In this document: positions 17,534 to 27,095 of the stretch, piece by piece
Layout of the letters: every line of letters begins with the position of its first letter
How positions within the stretch are numbered: the first letter of the stretch is position 1
From: Acidimicrobiales bacterium
GTDB taxonomy: Bacteria; Actinomycetota; Acidimicrobiia; Acidimicrobiales; Bog-793
Length of the DNA: 64,000 nt
Assembly: GCA_052146595.1 (NCBI GenBank)
Contig: JBKQMT010000030.1
Coordinates: forward strand, 11,687 to 75,686
Reading direction: 5' to 3'
Made by a program: the position numbers and the translations under genes
The notes under the pieces: model-generated
What the model was told of the DNA's origin: nothing
The model's input: the letters and a program-made list of their open reading frames with translations, nothing else
The model's database searches: none

Positions 17534-19150
17534 ATGACGAGGCGCTTGAGATTAAACAGATTCGCAGTTATGCCCTTCGGGGTGTTGGCAGCAGCCTTGG
17601 TGCTGTGCACCGCTGTTGCCACGGCTAGCAACGGCTCTCAAGCGCGGACATCTGCGCGCGCGGCGACGACTGCGGTCGACTACACGACACTCCGTGCACC
17701 CGCCATTCCGGGAGTGAGCCCGCTTCCCGGCCCGATCGCCAAGCTCGCGAGGCCGAGCGCGAACATGGGGATCCTGCAGGTGACCCCGGACGAGGCAGTG
17801 GCCGGGACTCCGATAACGATCTCAGGCTCGCGCCTGCCTGCGAACAAGCAGGTCGAGCTCACGTGGTCGACCGCAAACGCCACATGGCTGGTTCAGACCG
17901 AGCCGGACACGGTGAACTACCTGGGCAGATCCGACACGGAGTTCGCGGTGGTGCTCGCCACGACCACCACCAGTGCCAGTGGGGCCTTCAAGGTGTCGCT
18001 CGACGCCCCCCAGGACTGGGGCGGCCTGCACGACATCTACGCCGTCGTCAATGGCGTCGAGGAGGCTCACGGCGGGTTCATAACTCTGCGAACGGTCACC
18101 GTCACGCCGACGAGCGGCCCTGTCGGCACGCCGATCACCATCACCTACAGCGGCCTCGGTGACAGCCTCTACACGGGCGGAGCATCGCTGCTTTGGGACA
18201 ACCACTACGTGGGCGAGATGATGGCCAACTGGACGCGCGGTGTGGCCCGAGCGGTCATCCGGGCCGCAGGTGCCGTCGGCCCGCACACGATCCAGATCGG
18301 CAACGCCATCAGCTACCTGTACCTGAACGTTCCTCAGTCGCCGATCCCTTACACGAACGGCGCCACGGTCACTTTCACCGTGACGAAGGACGACGGGCCG
18401 CCGCCGGCCTCCATTGACTGGCCGGTCGATGTCGCCCCGACCGTCAGCGCCCGGACAACCCTGCAGACGAGCGGCCTCGCCGCCAACAGCGGCGTGACGG
18501 CGCAGCTCGCAACCAGCGCCGGACCGGTGAACACACCTGTCGATCTCACGGCGTCGGGACTTTCCTCGGGCTCGGTACAGCTGATCTGGTCCACGGTCGT
18601 CGGCAACCGAGTCAACTGCAAGAGCACGTGCTGGGTCTTCGTGTCGCAGCCCTTGGGCAGTGCCAATCCCTCAGGGGGTTCCCTCACCTCAAGGATCACG
18701 GTTCCCGACGGTCTCGGCGGCTGGCACGTCGTGCAGCTGGTGCAAAATGGCAAGACCGTAGCGCAGGTGCCTTTCTACGTGAAAGAGAGCATCGTCGGAC
18801 AAGGGGTGTCCTCGGTCGTCGTCAAGGCGGGCCAGCCCTTCACGATCCACTTGAAGGGCGTCGGCTGGACGCAGCTCGACAACACCGTCGGCGTCGACTA
18901 CGACAACAGCTACATCGGCTACGGGTGCGGCTTCAATTCGAACGGGGACGTTCTTCTGCATCTGAACGCGACCGGCGGCCTCGGAACGCACTTGATCGAC
19001 CTCTATCCGATGCTCTACTCGCTGTCGCCGTCGTTCGCGAACACCCCTTACGGCATGGTGCCGGTACTCACCTACGCCCAGGACGAGCCCGCCCTGGCAC
19101 TCGGCTATCACCTGCCGGCGTTCAGGTTCGCGATCACAGTCGTCAAGTAG
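17534..19150 (+). CDS. Secreted protein with four Ig-like domains (A-B-A'-B')
   Basis: Signal peptide; repeated G(T/Q)P(I/F)TI and GxHxI/V motifs; ATG at 17534 after GAGGGGG (ORF track starts at 17510). Confidence 0.8.
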   Translation: MTRRLRLNRFAVMPFGVLAAALVLCTAVATASNGSQARTSARAATTAVDYTTLRAPAIPGVSPLPGPIAKLARPSANMGILQVTPDEAVAGTPITISGSRLPANKQVELTWSTANATWLVQTEPDTVNYLGRSDTEFAVVLATTTTSASGAFKVSLDAPQDWGGLHDIYAVVNGVEEAHGGFITLRTVTVTPTSGPVGTPITITYSGLGDSLYTGGASLLWDNHYVGEMMANWTRGVARAVIRAAGAVGPHTIQIGNAISYLYLNVPQSPIPYTNGATVTFTVTKDDGPPPASIDWPVDVAPTVSARTTLQTSGLAANSGVTAQLATSAGPVNTPVDLTASGLSSGSVQLIWSTVVGNRVNCKSTCWVFVSQPLGSANPSGGSLTSRITVPDGLGGWHVVQLVQNGKTVAQVPFYVKESIVGQGVSSVVVKAGQPFTIHLKGVGWTQLDNTVGVDYDNSYIGYGCGFNSNGDVLLHLNATGGLGTHLIDLYPMLYSLSPSFANTPYGMVPVLTYAQDEPALALGYHLPAFRFAITVVK

Positions 19151-19165
19151 CTCACAGCAACTCGG

Positions 19166-21364
19166 CTATCGAGGGGCCTCGCCGCGCACGACGAGCGGCG
19201 AGGCCTCGACGCCGGCGAGGCGGGCGATCGGGGCAGGAAGCCACCAGTTCCAGCGTCCGAGCAGGGCCATCAGGCTCGGCATCAGCAGGCCGCGCACGAT
19301 CGTCGCGTCAAGAAGGACACCGAGCGCGAGCCCGACGCCGAGCTCCTGCAATCCGGCCACGCGCCCGGCCACGAGCCCGGAAAGCGCTCCGACCATTATC
19401 AAAGCTGCAGCACTCACCACGCGACCTGTATGGGTGAGACCGTCTCTCACGGCGCGAGCGTTGTCGCCGCAGTCGTCCCATGACTCGCGCATGCGCGTGA
19501 CGAAGAAGACCTCGTAGTCCATGGACAGCCCGAAGAGCATCGCGAAGAGGAAGATGGGGACCCACCCCTCGATCTGAGAGACGCGATAAAGGCCGAGGAC
19601 GTCCGCGCCGACGCCGAAGCGGAACACGAGGACGAGCAGGCCATAGCTCGCGGCGACCGAGACGGCATCGAGCAGCACGGCCATGAGCGGCAACAAGAGC
19701 GAGCGGAAGGCGCGCAACAGCACGAGGTAGGAGAGCGCCAGAACGAGGAGGATGACCCAGGGGAAGGTTCCGTAGACGCGAGCCAGGAAGTCAGCACCCT
19801 GGGCAGGCGCGCCACCGACGTAGACGCGCGCTTCAGAGGAGAGGTGGGCGGCGGGAAGAAACTGAACACGGATCCGCTCTACGAGCTGTTGGGTCGCTTC
19901 GTCACCGAAGGCATGCCGCCCGACGACGATCACGCGGGCGTAGCGGCCCGACGAGTCGACATAAGGGGCTCGAGAGCCGATCGCCACTACGAAGACCTCA
20001 GGATCGTTGAGGACCTCATCGGCAAGCCGGAGCGTCGCGGCGGAGACGACGGGTGCTCGCGCCCTACCCGGAGCGCCGGCGTCGAGGACGATCTCGATCG
20101 GCGTCATCACCCCGGGCCCGACGCGATCACCAAGGAGAGCTATCGCACGGGCCGATTGGATGTTCTGTGGAATGGCCACTACAGAGGCGGGCGTGAGCTG
20201 GAGCCAGGCGACCGGGAAGGCCGCCGCCGCCAGCACCGCAGCCGAGCCGGCCAAGACGACGAGAGGGCGGCGGATCACCATGGCCGCGAGACGCGACCAG
20301 AGACCGGTCCTGCAGGCGCGCCCTGGGCCGAGCCGGGTGAGGGAGTAGCTCCGCACGCCGCGGCGCCCCAACAGCGACAACAAGGACGGTTGCAGCGTGA
20401 GTGCCGCGACGATCGAGACGAGCGGCACCACGAGCCCTGCAAAGCCAAGGGAACGGACAAAGGGAACCGGGACGATGAGCAGGACAGAAAGGCCTATCGC
20501 GACAGCGATGCCAGAAAGCAGCACTGTCCGGCCAGCGGTCCCCATCGTGGCCACGATGGCGTCGCCCACCGGTCGTCCCGTGTCTGCCAGTTCCTCTCTG
20601 AACCGGTGCACGACGAGGAGCGAGTAGTCGACCGCGAGCCCGAGACCGATGAGCTGGACGAGGTTGGGGACGTAGAGAACCATGAGGAACTCATGGGCGA
20701 GGGCAAAGACGACCGCGAGCGCGCTGAACGTCGTGCAGGCGGCGACGGCCAGCGGGATCAGGAGGGCCACCGAGAGACCGAGCACGATCGCAAGGAGGAC
20801 CAACGCGGCCAGTACGGCTATCACCTCGCCCCTGTGCAGATCGCTCGCAAGGATCGGGGTGATGTCGTGCTGGAGCGCAGGCGCTCCGGTCACGTAGGCA
20901 GGAGGCAGTCCCGACCGGCTCAAGGCGAGGCGTAGGGCGCTTGTCTGGGAAGCGGCTCGTTGCAGGTCAAGTGACGTGCTTATGTCTCCGTAGAGGATCC
21001 CGCCCACGGGGCGCAAGGCCATGGCTCGCGCCGTGGGAACCACTCTGGCAGCGGCAGCGAAGCGACGGTCCAGAGCTCGAAGTGTGCGGGCCGATGGCTG
21101 ACCGACACGGAAGACCACCGTGAAGGTGCCCTCGATGTTCTCGCCGAAGTGCTGGGTCAAGATGGCGTCGGCTTGCTCGGAGCCGGTCCCCGGCACTGCA
21201 AGCGACGTCGAGAGGAGACCCGGCAGGGCTCCGGCGGAAAGGGCGCCGACGACCAGCATCGCGATCCAGCACGCGATTACGACGACGCGCCAGCGGATGA
21301 CGGCGCGGGTCCAGCGCTCGAGCACGGTTGCGCCCGAGCCACTGGGGGCTGGGTGGACTCTCAC
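19166..21364 (-). CDS. MMPL/RND family transporter
   Basis: Two TM modules; GLGLAVDYSLL, FGLSMDYEVF, LLDATIVRGLLMP, LLGRWNWWLP. Confidence 0.93.
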   Translation of the reverse strand: MRVHPAPSGSGATVLERWTRAVIRWRVVVIACWIAMLVVGALSAGALPGLLSTSLAVPGTGSEQADAILTQHFGENIEGTFTVVFRVGQPSARTLRALDRRFAAAARVVPTARAMALRPVGGILYGDISTSLDLQRAASQTSALRLALSRSGLPPAYVTGAPALQHDITPILASDLHRGEVIAVLAALVLLAIVLGLSVALLIPLAVAACTTFSALAVVFALAHEFLMVLYVPNLVQLIGLGLAVDYSLLVVHRFREELADTGRPVGDAIVATMGTAGRTVLLSGIAVAIGLSVLLIVPVPFVRSLGFAGLVVPLVSIVAALTLQPSLLSLLGRRGVRSYSLTRLGPGRACRTGLWSRLAAMVIRRPLVVLAGSAAVLAAAAFPVAWLQLTPASVVAIPQNIQSARAIALLGDRVGPGVMTPIEIVLDAGAPGRARAPVVSAATLRLADEVLNDPEVFVVAIGSRAPYVDSSGRYARVIVVGRHAFGDEATQQLVERIRVQFLPAAHLSSEARVYVGGAPAQGADFLARVYGTFPWVILLVLALSYLVLLRAFRSLLLPLMAVLLDAVSVAASYGLLVLVFRFGVGADVLGLYRVSQIEGWVPIFLFAMLFGLSMDYEVFFVTRMRESWDDCGDNARAVRDGLTHTGRVVSAAALIMVGALSGLVAGRVAGLQELGVGLALGVLLDATIVRGLLMPSLMALLGRWNWWLPAPIARLAGVEASPLVVRGEAPR

Positions 21365-21467
21365 GATTGACAGGAAACGCTACCCCGGCCGGCGCAGGAG
21401 TCCTCGGGTCGCCTCAGCGGCTCCGAGACCGCCGGCACCTCAGGCGTGGCCCGAGACCCGGCGAGGC

Positions 21468-22799
21468 TCAGACGCCGACGACGTCGCCGGCCAGGTATGC
21501 CTTCAGGCGTGAGAGGCCCTCGACGATCTGCGGCTCGTCGAGCCCCGAATAGGCGAGGCGTACGAACTGCTCGCTCTCGGCAGGGCGGGGGCGGCCGAAA
21601 TGCACGCGCGAGCAGACCGATACCCCGGTGGCGTGCAGCACCTCGCGCCGGAAGCTCTCGATGTCGGTGAGGCCCTTCAGTTGCATGGCGCCTGTGACGT
21701 TGGGAAACAGATAGAAGGTGGCGTTCGGCGTGCAGCAGCGGATGCCGGGCGTCTCGTTCAAGATCGCGATCGCTGCGTCGCGCCGCTCCCGCAGGATCGA
21801 GAGCATCTGGCGAGGCTCGGATTGGTCGCCTGTGAGCGCTTCGAGAGCACCGTGCTGGATGAAGTGGTTGGGACAGGACTCATCGTTGACATTCAGCCTG
21901 GTGATGACCTCGATGACCTCACGCGGGCCGATCGCGGCGCCTAGCCGCCAGCCCGTCATGGCGAACTTCTTGGAGAAGGTGTAGAGGATGACGCTGCGCT
22001 CAGCCATGCCGTCGAGCCCGGCCAACGAGGTGCTGTGTCCTGAGTAGCGGATGTCGAAGTAGGCCTCGTCGCAAAGGACCATGAGGTCGTGTCGGGAGAC
22101 GAGCTCGGCGAGGCGCGCGAGCTCCTCCGGCGAGCACTCGGCGCCTAGGGGGTTCTGCAGGTCGTTCAACACGAGTAGGCGAGTGCGCGGCGTCACGGCG
22201 GCCTCGAGGGCGTCCAGGTCGATGACAAAGCCGTCCGCACCCTCGAGGTACCCGTAGGGGACCGCGACACCACCGTGGAACTCGATTTGCGACTCGTAGA
22301 TGGGATAGCCGGGGTTCGGGTAGAGCACTTCGTCGCCGGGGTTCATGAGGGCCAGGAGAAACTTGCCGATGACCGGCTTGCCACCAGGTTGGATGGCGAC
22401 GTCTTCCGCGTTGTAGGCAGTTCCGTGGGAGGCGTTCACATCGGCGGCAAGCGCCCCCCTCAGCTCCGGGATGCCTGCGTTCGGGCAGTAGCCGGTCTTG
22501 CCGTTCTTGATCGCCTTGAACGACGCCTCGACGATGTTGGCCGGCGTCGGGATGTTGAGGTCCCCAAGGTGGAATGGGTAGACGATGTTGCCCTGAGCGG
22601 CGAAAGCAGCCGCTTCCGCCGACACTGCGAACGCCGTCTCGGAGCCCAAGCGGACAATGCGCGAGGCGATCCTGGATCTGGGCCCGTTCGGAGTCTCGCG
22701 GCCGTGACCGACGACCCGCTCGGCCGTCCCTGTCCCCCCGGCCATCCCTGTCCCCTCGGCCGTCCCTGTCCACTGGGACAGTGGTTCACCAGTACCCAT
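21468..22799 (-). CDS. PLP-dependent aminotransferase class I/II (aspartate aminotransferase-like)
   Basis: QNPLG, DEAY, FSKKFAMTGWRLG, VRLAY; RBS GGAGGAG. Confidence 0.92.
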   Translation of the reverse strand: MGTGEPLSQWTGTAEGTGMAGGTGTAERVVGHGRETPNGPRSRIASRIVRLGSETAFAVSAEAAAFAAQGNIVYPFHLGDLNIPTPANIVEASFKAIKNGKTGYCPNAGIPELRGALAADVNASHGTAYNAEDVAIQPGGKPVIGKFLLALMNPGDEVLYPNPGYPIYESQIEFHGGVAVPYGYLEGADGFVIDLDALEAAVTPRTRLLVLNDLQNPLGAECSPEELARLAELVSRHDLMVLCDEAYFDIRYSGHSTSLAGLDGMAERSVILYTFSKKFAMTGWRLGAAIGPREVIEVITRLNVNDESCPNHFIQHGALEALTGDQSEPRQMLSILRERRDAAIAILNETPGIRCCTPNATFYLFPNVTGAMQLKGLTDIESFRREVLHATGVSVCSRVHFGRPRPAESEQFVRLAYSGLDEPQIVEGLSRLKAYLAGDVVGV

Positions 22800-23225
22800 A
22801 TTCTCCTCCGTCAGTCGGCATAGGCTGCCGCTCCTTTGCGCGGGACCTGTGTCGCACAGCCCGGCCGGCCCGCGATCGGTTGTACCGACCGGGAACCGGA
22901 GCTCGCAGCGGGCGAGTACAGGAGCGCTTTGGGGCTTGAAGTTACCCGGGCGCCCGTGAGGTCGTGCAAAGGCTCACCGCCGTAACCGATTGCTGGCGGC
23001 TTGGCCCGGAGAGGAGAACAATAGCCGCTGAGCTCACCGGACCGTCGGGAAGAGGACTTGCGTCGGGAGGGTGCCACAAATAAACCGCGCGACACGGTCT
23101 GTTCGCGAGATACTCGTAGCGGTGCACGGCCCCATGCTTCCCTCGCAAGGCAACGGGGGTCGTGCACCATCTATCGGCATGTTCCCTACCGCCCTTGAAC
23201 ATCGGTCGTTTGCGAGGCATCTCAC

Positions 23226-23600
23226 CTAGGCAAAAGCGGCCGCCCTGTCCTCTTTTGCCCGGGGGCTCGCCTTGGCGCTGAGAAGCCTCACCGACCAGGC
23301 GGCGTCCCAGGGGAAGGGTCGATGTGATGTTGCGCCCCCAGCGGCGTGGACGGCCATCGAGAGCACGCCCCAGGCCTTGGACATCGCCCTTTGCCGATCT
23401 CCGGCCTCGACGACCACGAGGAAGCTCGCTTCGGACCGAGCCAAGTCCACATCGACCTTCGACTCGGAGATCCAGCGATGCTCCAGCTCCCGCATGGCGT
23501 CCTCGACGTGAGGCTCGATGCCATGACGGCCGTCGGCGGCCTTGGCCTGGCGCGGTTGTTTGAGCTCGATCCCGACGACACATGTCACCGCGTATTCCAT
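23226..23600 (-). CDS. Hypothetical protein
   Basis: Natural-looking composition; RBS AGAGGGG; follows the SRPBCC gene on the same strand. Confidence 0.6.
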   Translation of the reverse strand: MEYAVTCVVGIELKQPRQAKAADGRHGIEPHVEDAMRELEHRWISESKVDVDLARSEASFLVVVEAGDRQRAMSKAWGVLSMAVHAAGGATSHRPFPWDAAWSVRLLSAKASPRAKEDRAAAFA

Positions 23601-23691
23601 CGCCACCCCTCTGCCTCGACATCTTGTATCGGCAGGTCGCAGGGACCGCTGAAGTGCGGGCGAGGGCGAGGCTTCGCTTTCCCGGATCCCG

Positions 23692-24138
23692 TTAGTTCGG
23701 CGTCACGTGGTCGCGTAGTCGCTCCAGTGCAGCGTCTGCCCGGTGCCGGACGGTCTGCTCGACGAAAGGTGCGATGAGAGAGCCTGCGATTCCGCCCGGC
23801 TCTGTGTAGGTGACGGTGAGGGTCACGGTCGTATCTTCGTGGTCCTGATCCAATCCGAACGTGAGAGTTTGCCCCTCGTCCCCGGCCGAGGACCAGGTGA
23901 TGCTCCGCCCAGGATCGAGCGAGGCGATCGTTATCGTGGTTCGAAGCGTGCGGAAGCCGACGTTGAGCACCGCCTCGAACTGCGCACCTTCGCCTGTCGT
24001 CTGCGTCCCGACCGGCGTGAGCTGCTCGAGACCCTCGATGAAGACCCCGGCGCACTTGTAGTCGGCCAGGCAGGCAAACAGCGCGCTTGCCGGGGCGGTG
24101 ATCGTGGCCCGCGCTTGAACGGTCTTTTCCAAGCTCAT
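23692..24138 (-). CDS. SRPBCC family protein
   Basis: TITAPASALFACLADY...PGRSITW...TYTEPGGIAG...ALERLR. Confidence 0.85.
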   Translation of the reverse strand: MSLEKTVQARATITAPASALFACLADYKCAGVFIEGLEQLTPVGTQTTGEGAQFEAVLNVGFRTLRTTITIASLDPGRSITWSSAGDEGQTLTFGLDQDHEDTTVTLTVTYTEPGGIAGSLIAPFVEQTVRHRADAALERLRDHVTPN

Positions 24139-24338
24139 GTCCTCCGGAGTGCTCTAGGCGAGACCGACGGCGGGCGCTGGTCTGCAACGCACTTGTCCGG
24201 GACGGGCCCGCCCGCGCTCAAGTATTGCGGAAACGTGAGTCGACCGCTCGGGGTCCCGGCAGCCACGTGACAGCTGGCCAAAGGGCGCTATTTACCTCGC
24301 GGCGCCCGAACTGACGCCCTGACTAGGCTCTCGCCTCG

Positions 24339-25847
24339 GTGAGAGAAACAAGCCGTGACGAGTCCTTGCAATTCAGGGTTTCGGAGATTGCGGACAATCT
24401 GGCCACTCTCTTGCAAGCGTCGCCGAATGCCGTGATCGTGGTCGACGAGGACGGGATCGTCTTGCTGGCGAGCGCCGCCGTCAAGACGCTGTTCGGCTTC
24501 GATCCGGAGGAAGTCGTCGGCCACAGCGTCGAGATGCTCGTGCCAGAGCGGGTCCGGGCCGTTCACGAGCGCGACCGGCGGGCTTTCACAAAGGCTCGCA
24601 GGGCCCGTCCAATGGGGCTCGGGCTCGAGCTCGCGGGCCGGCGCCGCGACGGGAGCGAGTTCCCGATCGACGTCGGCCTTGCCCCGTTCTCGGCGGGCGA
24701 GCACCAGGTGGTCGCGGCGTTCGTGCGTGACGCCAGCGATCGCCAGCGTCAAGAGGCAAGTCTCCGTGCGGTCAACGAGATCACCCAGCGTCTGCTTGCC
24801 GGAGAAAGGACCGAGACCACCCTGAAGCTCGTCGCGCAAAGGGCGCGCGGTCTGGTCGATGCCGCGCTGGGTTGGGTGGTCACACCATCTGGCAAGGATG
24901 ACCTCGTGATCAGCGCCGCCGAAGGGGAGGGGGCCAGCTCGGTGATCGGTGTCAAGATCCCGTCCGACGGCAGCATCTCGAAGCGCGCCATGGCTCAGAG
25001 GGCGTCGATCCTCGTCGATGACCTGTCCACTGAGGCGGCCGCTCCGGCCGAGATAAGGGCGCTCGGCTTCGGGGCCGGCCTGTTCTGCCCGCTGAGCGCT
25101 GACGAGCGGGTCTTGGGCGTCCTCGTGGTCGCCCGGCCCCGCGGGACGCGGGGCTTCAGCCAGCACGACACGGCGCTCGTCGAGGTGTTCGCCAACGCCG
25201 CCGTCGTCGCGCTCACCTTGGGGGAGGAGCGCCTCGAGCTCGAGCAACTCCAGACCACCGCCGAGCACGAGCGGATCGGGCGCGATCTTCACGACACCGT
25301 CATCCAACGTCTGTTCGCGCTCGGGATGAGCCTTCAGAGCATCGAGCGGCTGGCCACCGGTCCAGTCGCCGAGCGCATCGAGAATGCCGTCGACGGCCTG
25401 GACGAGGTGATCCGCGACATCCGCGAGACGATCTTCCGCCTCGAAAGGCCCACGGCGGCTGCATCGGGCCTCCGTTCGGCGGTGGACAATGTCGTCGCAG
25501 CTGCCGCTGAGCAGCTTGGCTTCCAACCGCGTGTCGGGTTTCAAGGACCGGTGGACTCGGCCACAGGCCCGTACCTGGAGTCCCACGTCCGGGCCGTGCT
25601 GACCGAGGCGCTCTCCAACGTCGTCCGGCATGCCGGGGCATCAGCGGTGGAGGTCGTCATCGTGGCCGAGGAGGGGATGCTCCTCGTCTCGGTGGCCGAC
25701 AACGGTGTCGGCCTTCCGGCGGGACGTACCGCCGGAAACGGTTTGCGCAACATTGCCGATCGGGCGCGGGCCCTCTCCGGCTCCGTGTCGATCACTGCGC
25801 GGCGTCCCTCGGGGACGCTGGTCGAGTGGCAGGTGCCGATCACCTGA
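24339..25847 (+). CDS. PAS-GAF sensor histidine kinase, DosS/DevS-like (HisKA_3)
   Basis: PAS (LAGRRRDGSEFPIDV), GAF, ERIGRDLHDTVIQRLFA, EALSNVVRHA, DNGVG, GNGLRN; start uncertain. Confidence 0.92.
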   Translation: MRETSRDESLQFRVSEIADNLATLLQASPNAVIVVDEDGIVLLASAAVKTLFGFDPEEVVGHSVEMLVPERVRAVHERDRRAFTKARRARPMGLGLELAGRRRDGSEFPIDVGLAPFSAGEHQVVAAFVRDASDRQRQEASLRAVNEITQRLLAGERTETTLKLVAQRARGLVDAALGWVVTPSGKDDLVISAAEGEGASSVIGVKIPSDGSISKRAMAQRASILVDDLSTEAAAPAEIRALGFGAGLFCPLSADERVLGVLVVARPRGTRGFSQHDTALVEVFANAAVVALTLGEERLELEQLQTTAEHERIGRDLHDTVIQRLFALGMSLQSIERLATGPVAERIENAVDGLDEVIRDIRETIFRLERPTAAASGLRSAVDNVVAAAAEQLGFQPRVGFQGPVDSATGPYLESHVRAVLTEALSNVVRHAGASAVEVVIVAEEGMLLVSVADNGVGLPAGRTAGNGLRNIADRARALSGSVSITARRPSGTLVEWQVPIT

Positions 25848-25885
25848 GAGCTCTGATCCGCGCTGGCGACGCACGCCTTGAGGAA

Positions 25886-25903
25886 ACGTGACTTTCGCCT
25901 CTA
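25886..25903. promoter_or_regulatory. DosR-like box
   Basis: ACGTGACTTTCGCCTCTA; last 14 nt identical to the 15660 and 15706 boxes; upstream of the PNPOx-family gene. Confidence 0.6.
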
Positions 25904-25937
25904 ACCAGAAAGGCCTGCTCAGGTCGACTCTTGAATC

Positions 25938-26354
25938 GTGGACCGCGATCAGCGAATGGTTTTCGAGGAGCTCGGCTGGGACGACTGTCTCGAGCTGTTG
26001 CGAAGCGAGCCCGTTGGTCGCGTTGCCCTCACCGCGCGCGCCCTGCCGGTGGTCCTGCCGGTGAACTTCGCCTTGCTCGACGGCGAGATCGTCTGGCGCT
26101 CGGCACAGGGCACAAGGCTGAACGACGCCTCGGCGGGGTTCGTCGTGGCATTCGAGGTCGACCATTACGACGCCGACCACAAGCGGGGCTGGAGCGTCAT
26201 GATCCAAGGGTTGGCGCACGTCATCACTGATGCTGAGGAGCTCGCCAGGGCCAGGGAGCTGCCCCTCGAGTCCTGGGCGCTCGAGGGTTCGGCGGACCGC
26301 TACGTCTGTCTCGTGCCCAACATCGTGACGGGCAAGCTCGTTCGCCGGCTCTAG
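25938..26354 (+). CDS. Pyridoxamine 5'-phosphate oxidase family (flavin-binding) protein, Rv0080/Rv3129-like
   Basis: CLELLRSEPVGRVA...PVNF...VAFEVD...GWSVMIQG. Confidence 0.88.
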   Translation: MDRDQRMVFEELGWDDCLELLRSEPVGRVALTARALPVVLPVNFALLDGEIVWRSAQGTRLNDASAGFVVAFEVDHYDADHKRGWSVMIQGLAHVITDAEELARARELPLESWALEGSADRYVCLVPNIVTGKLVRRL

Positions 26355-26459
26355 ACGCGCTGAGGCCGGCCAGCTTTGGCACCGAGCCCCCAGTCCTGCT
26401 CGCGAAGTGATCGGTCGGCACGCGGCCCCGGGAGTGGCACCGCCCGTAGACTTGCAGAC

Positions 26460-27095
26460 GTGGATTCGGTGCCGGCCGAGGCCGTAACAGGCGAGGACGG
26501 CAGCCTCGATCGCGTCTGGACGGTGCCCAACATGATCTCCTTTGCCCGGATCGTGTTGCTCGGCTTGTTCTGCTGGCTGCTGTTCGGTCCTGACCTGAGG
26601 ATCGCGGCAACGGTGGTGCTGATGGTGGTCGGCGCGACCGACTTCCTGGACGGTTTCCTGGCCCGCAGGTTGCATCAGGTCAGCACCCTGGGCAAGGTCC
26701 TTGACCCGCTCGCCGACCGCCTGGTCCTCGTGACGGGGGTCATTGCCATCACGGTCTACGGTGCCGTCCCGGTCTGGCTCGCAGTGGTCGTGCTCGGGCG
26801 GGAGGTCCTCGTCTCGGCGGCAGTCATGGTACTGGCCGCTCTCAAGGTGAGACGCATCGACGTGCTCTGGGTCGGCAAGGCCGGCACCTTCGGGCTCTTG
26901 TGCTGCTTCCCGCTGTTCCTGCTCACTGACGAACGCGCGACGTGGGCCACGGTGTTGCGCGACGTCACCTGGGTGGCACTCGTGCCGGCGCTGATCTTCA
27001 GTTTCGTCGCTGCCGCGGCTTATGTCCCCCTCGCTCGCCGCGCCCTCGAAGAGCGCCGCCGCGAGCACGCCCAGCATGAGCCGGTGGCCTCGTGA
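26460..27095 (+). CDS. CDP-alcohol phosphatidyltransferase (PgsA2-like)
   Basis: WTVPNMISFAR, TDFLDGFLARR, LGKVLDPLADRL. Confidence 0.92.
   Translation: MDSVPAEAVTGEDGSLDRVWTVPNMISFARIVLLGLFCWLLFGPDLRIAATVVLMVVGATDFLDGFLARRLHQVSTLGKVLDPLADRLVLVTGVIAITVYGAVPVWLAVVVLGREVLVSAAVMVLAALKVRRIDVLWVGKAGTFGLLCCFPLFLLTDERATWATVLRDVTWVALVPALIFSFVAAAAYVPLARRALEERRREHAQHEPVAS

Noticed and set aside
22718-22775. Short GTAEGTGMAGGTGTAE coding repeat at the aminotransferase N-terminus
   Set aside because: Minor low-complexity extension with no evident functional signal.
22800-23225. Possible riboswitch upstream of the aminotransferase
   Set aside because: Only generic GC hairpins; no SAM, T-box or other consensus recognised.
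23638-23680. Possible DosR-like half-sites upstream of the 23600 gene
   Set aside because: Only half-site similarity; too weak in GC-rich DNA.
24288-27077. Long antisense ORFs (447 aa and 478 aa) and similar shadow ORFs across the window
   Set aside because: They mirror real high-GC genes on the opposite strand and are expected from codon bias.
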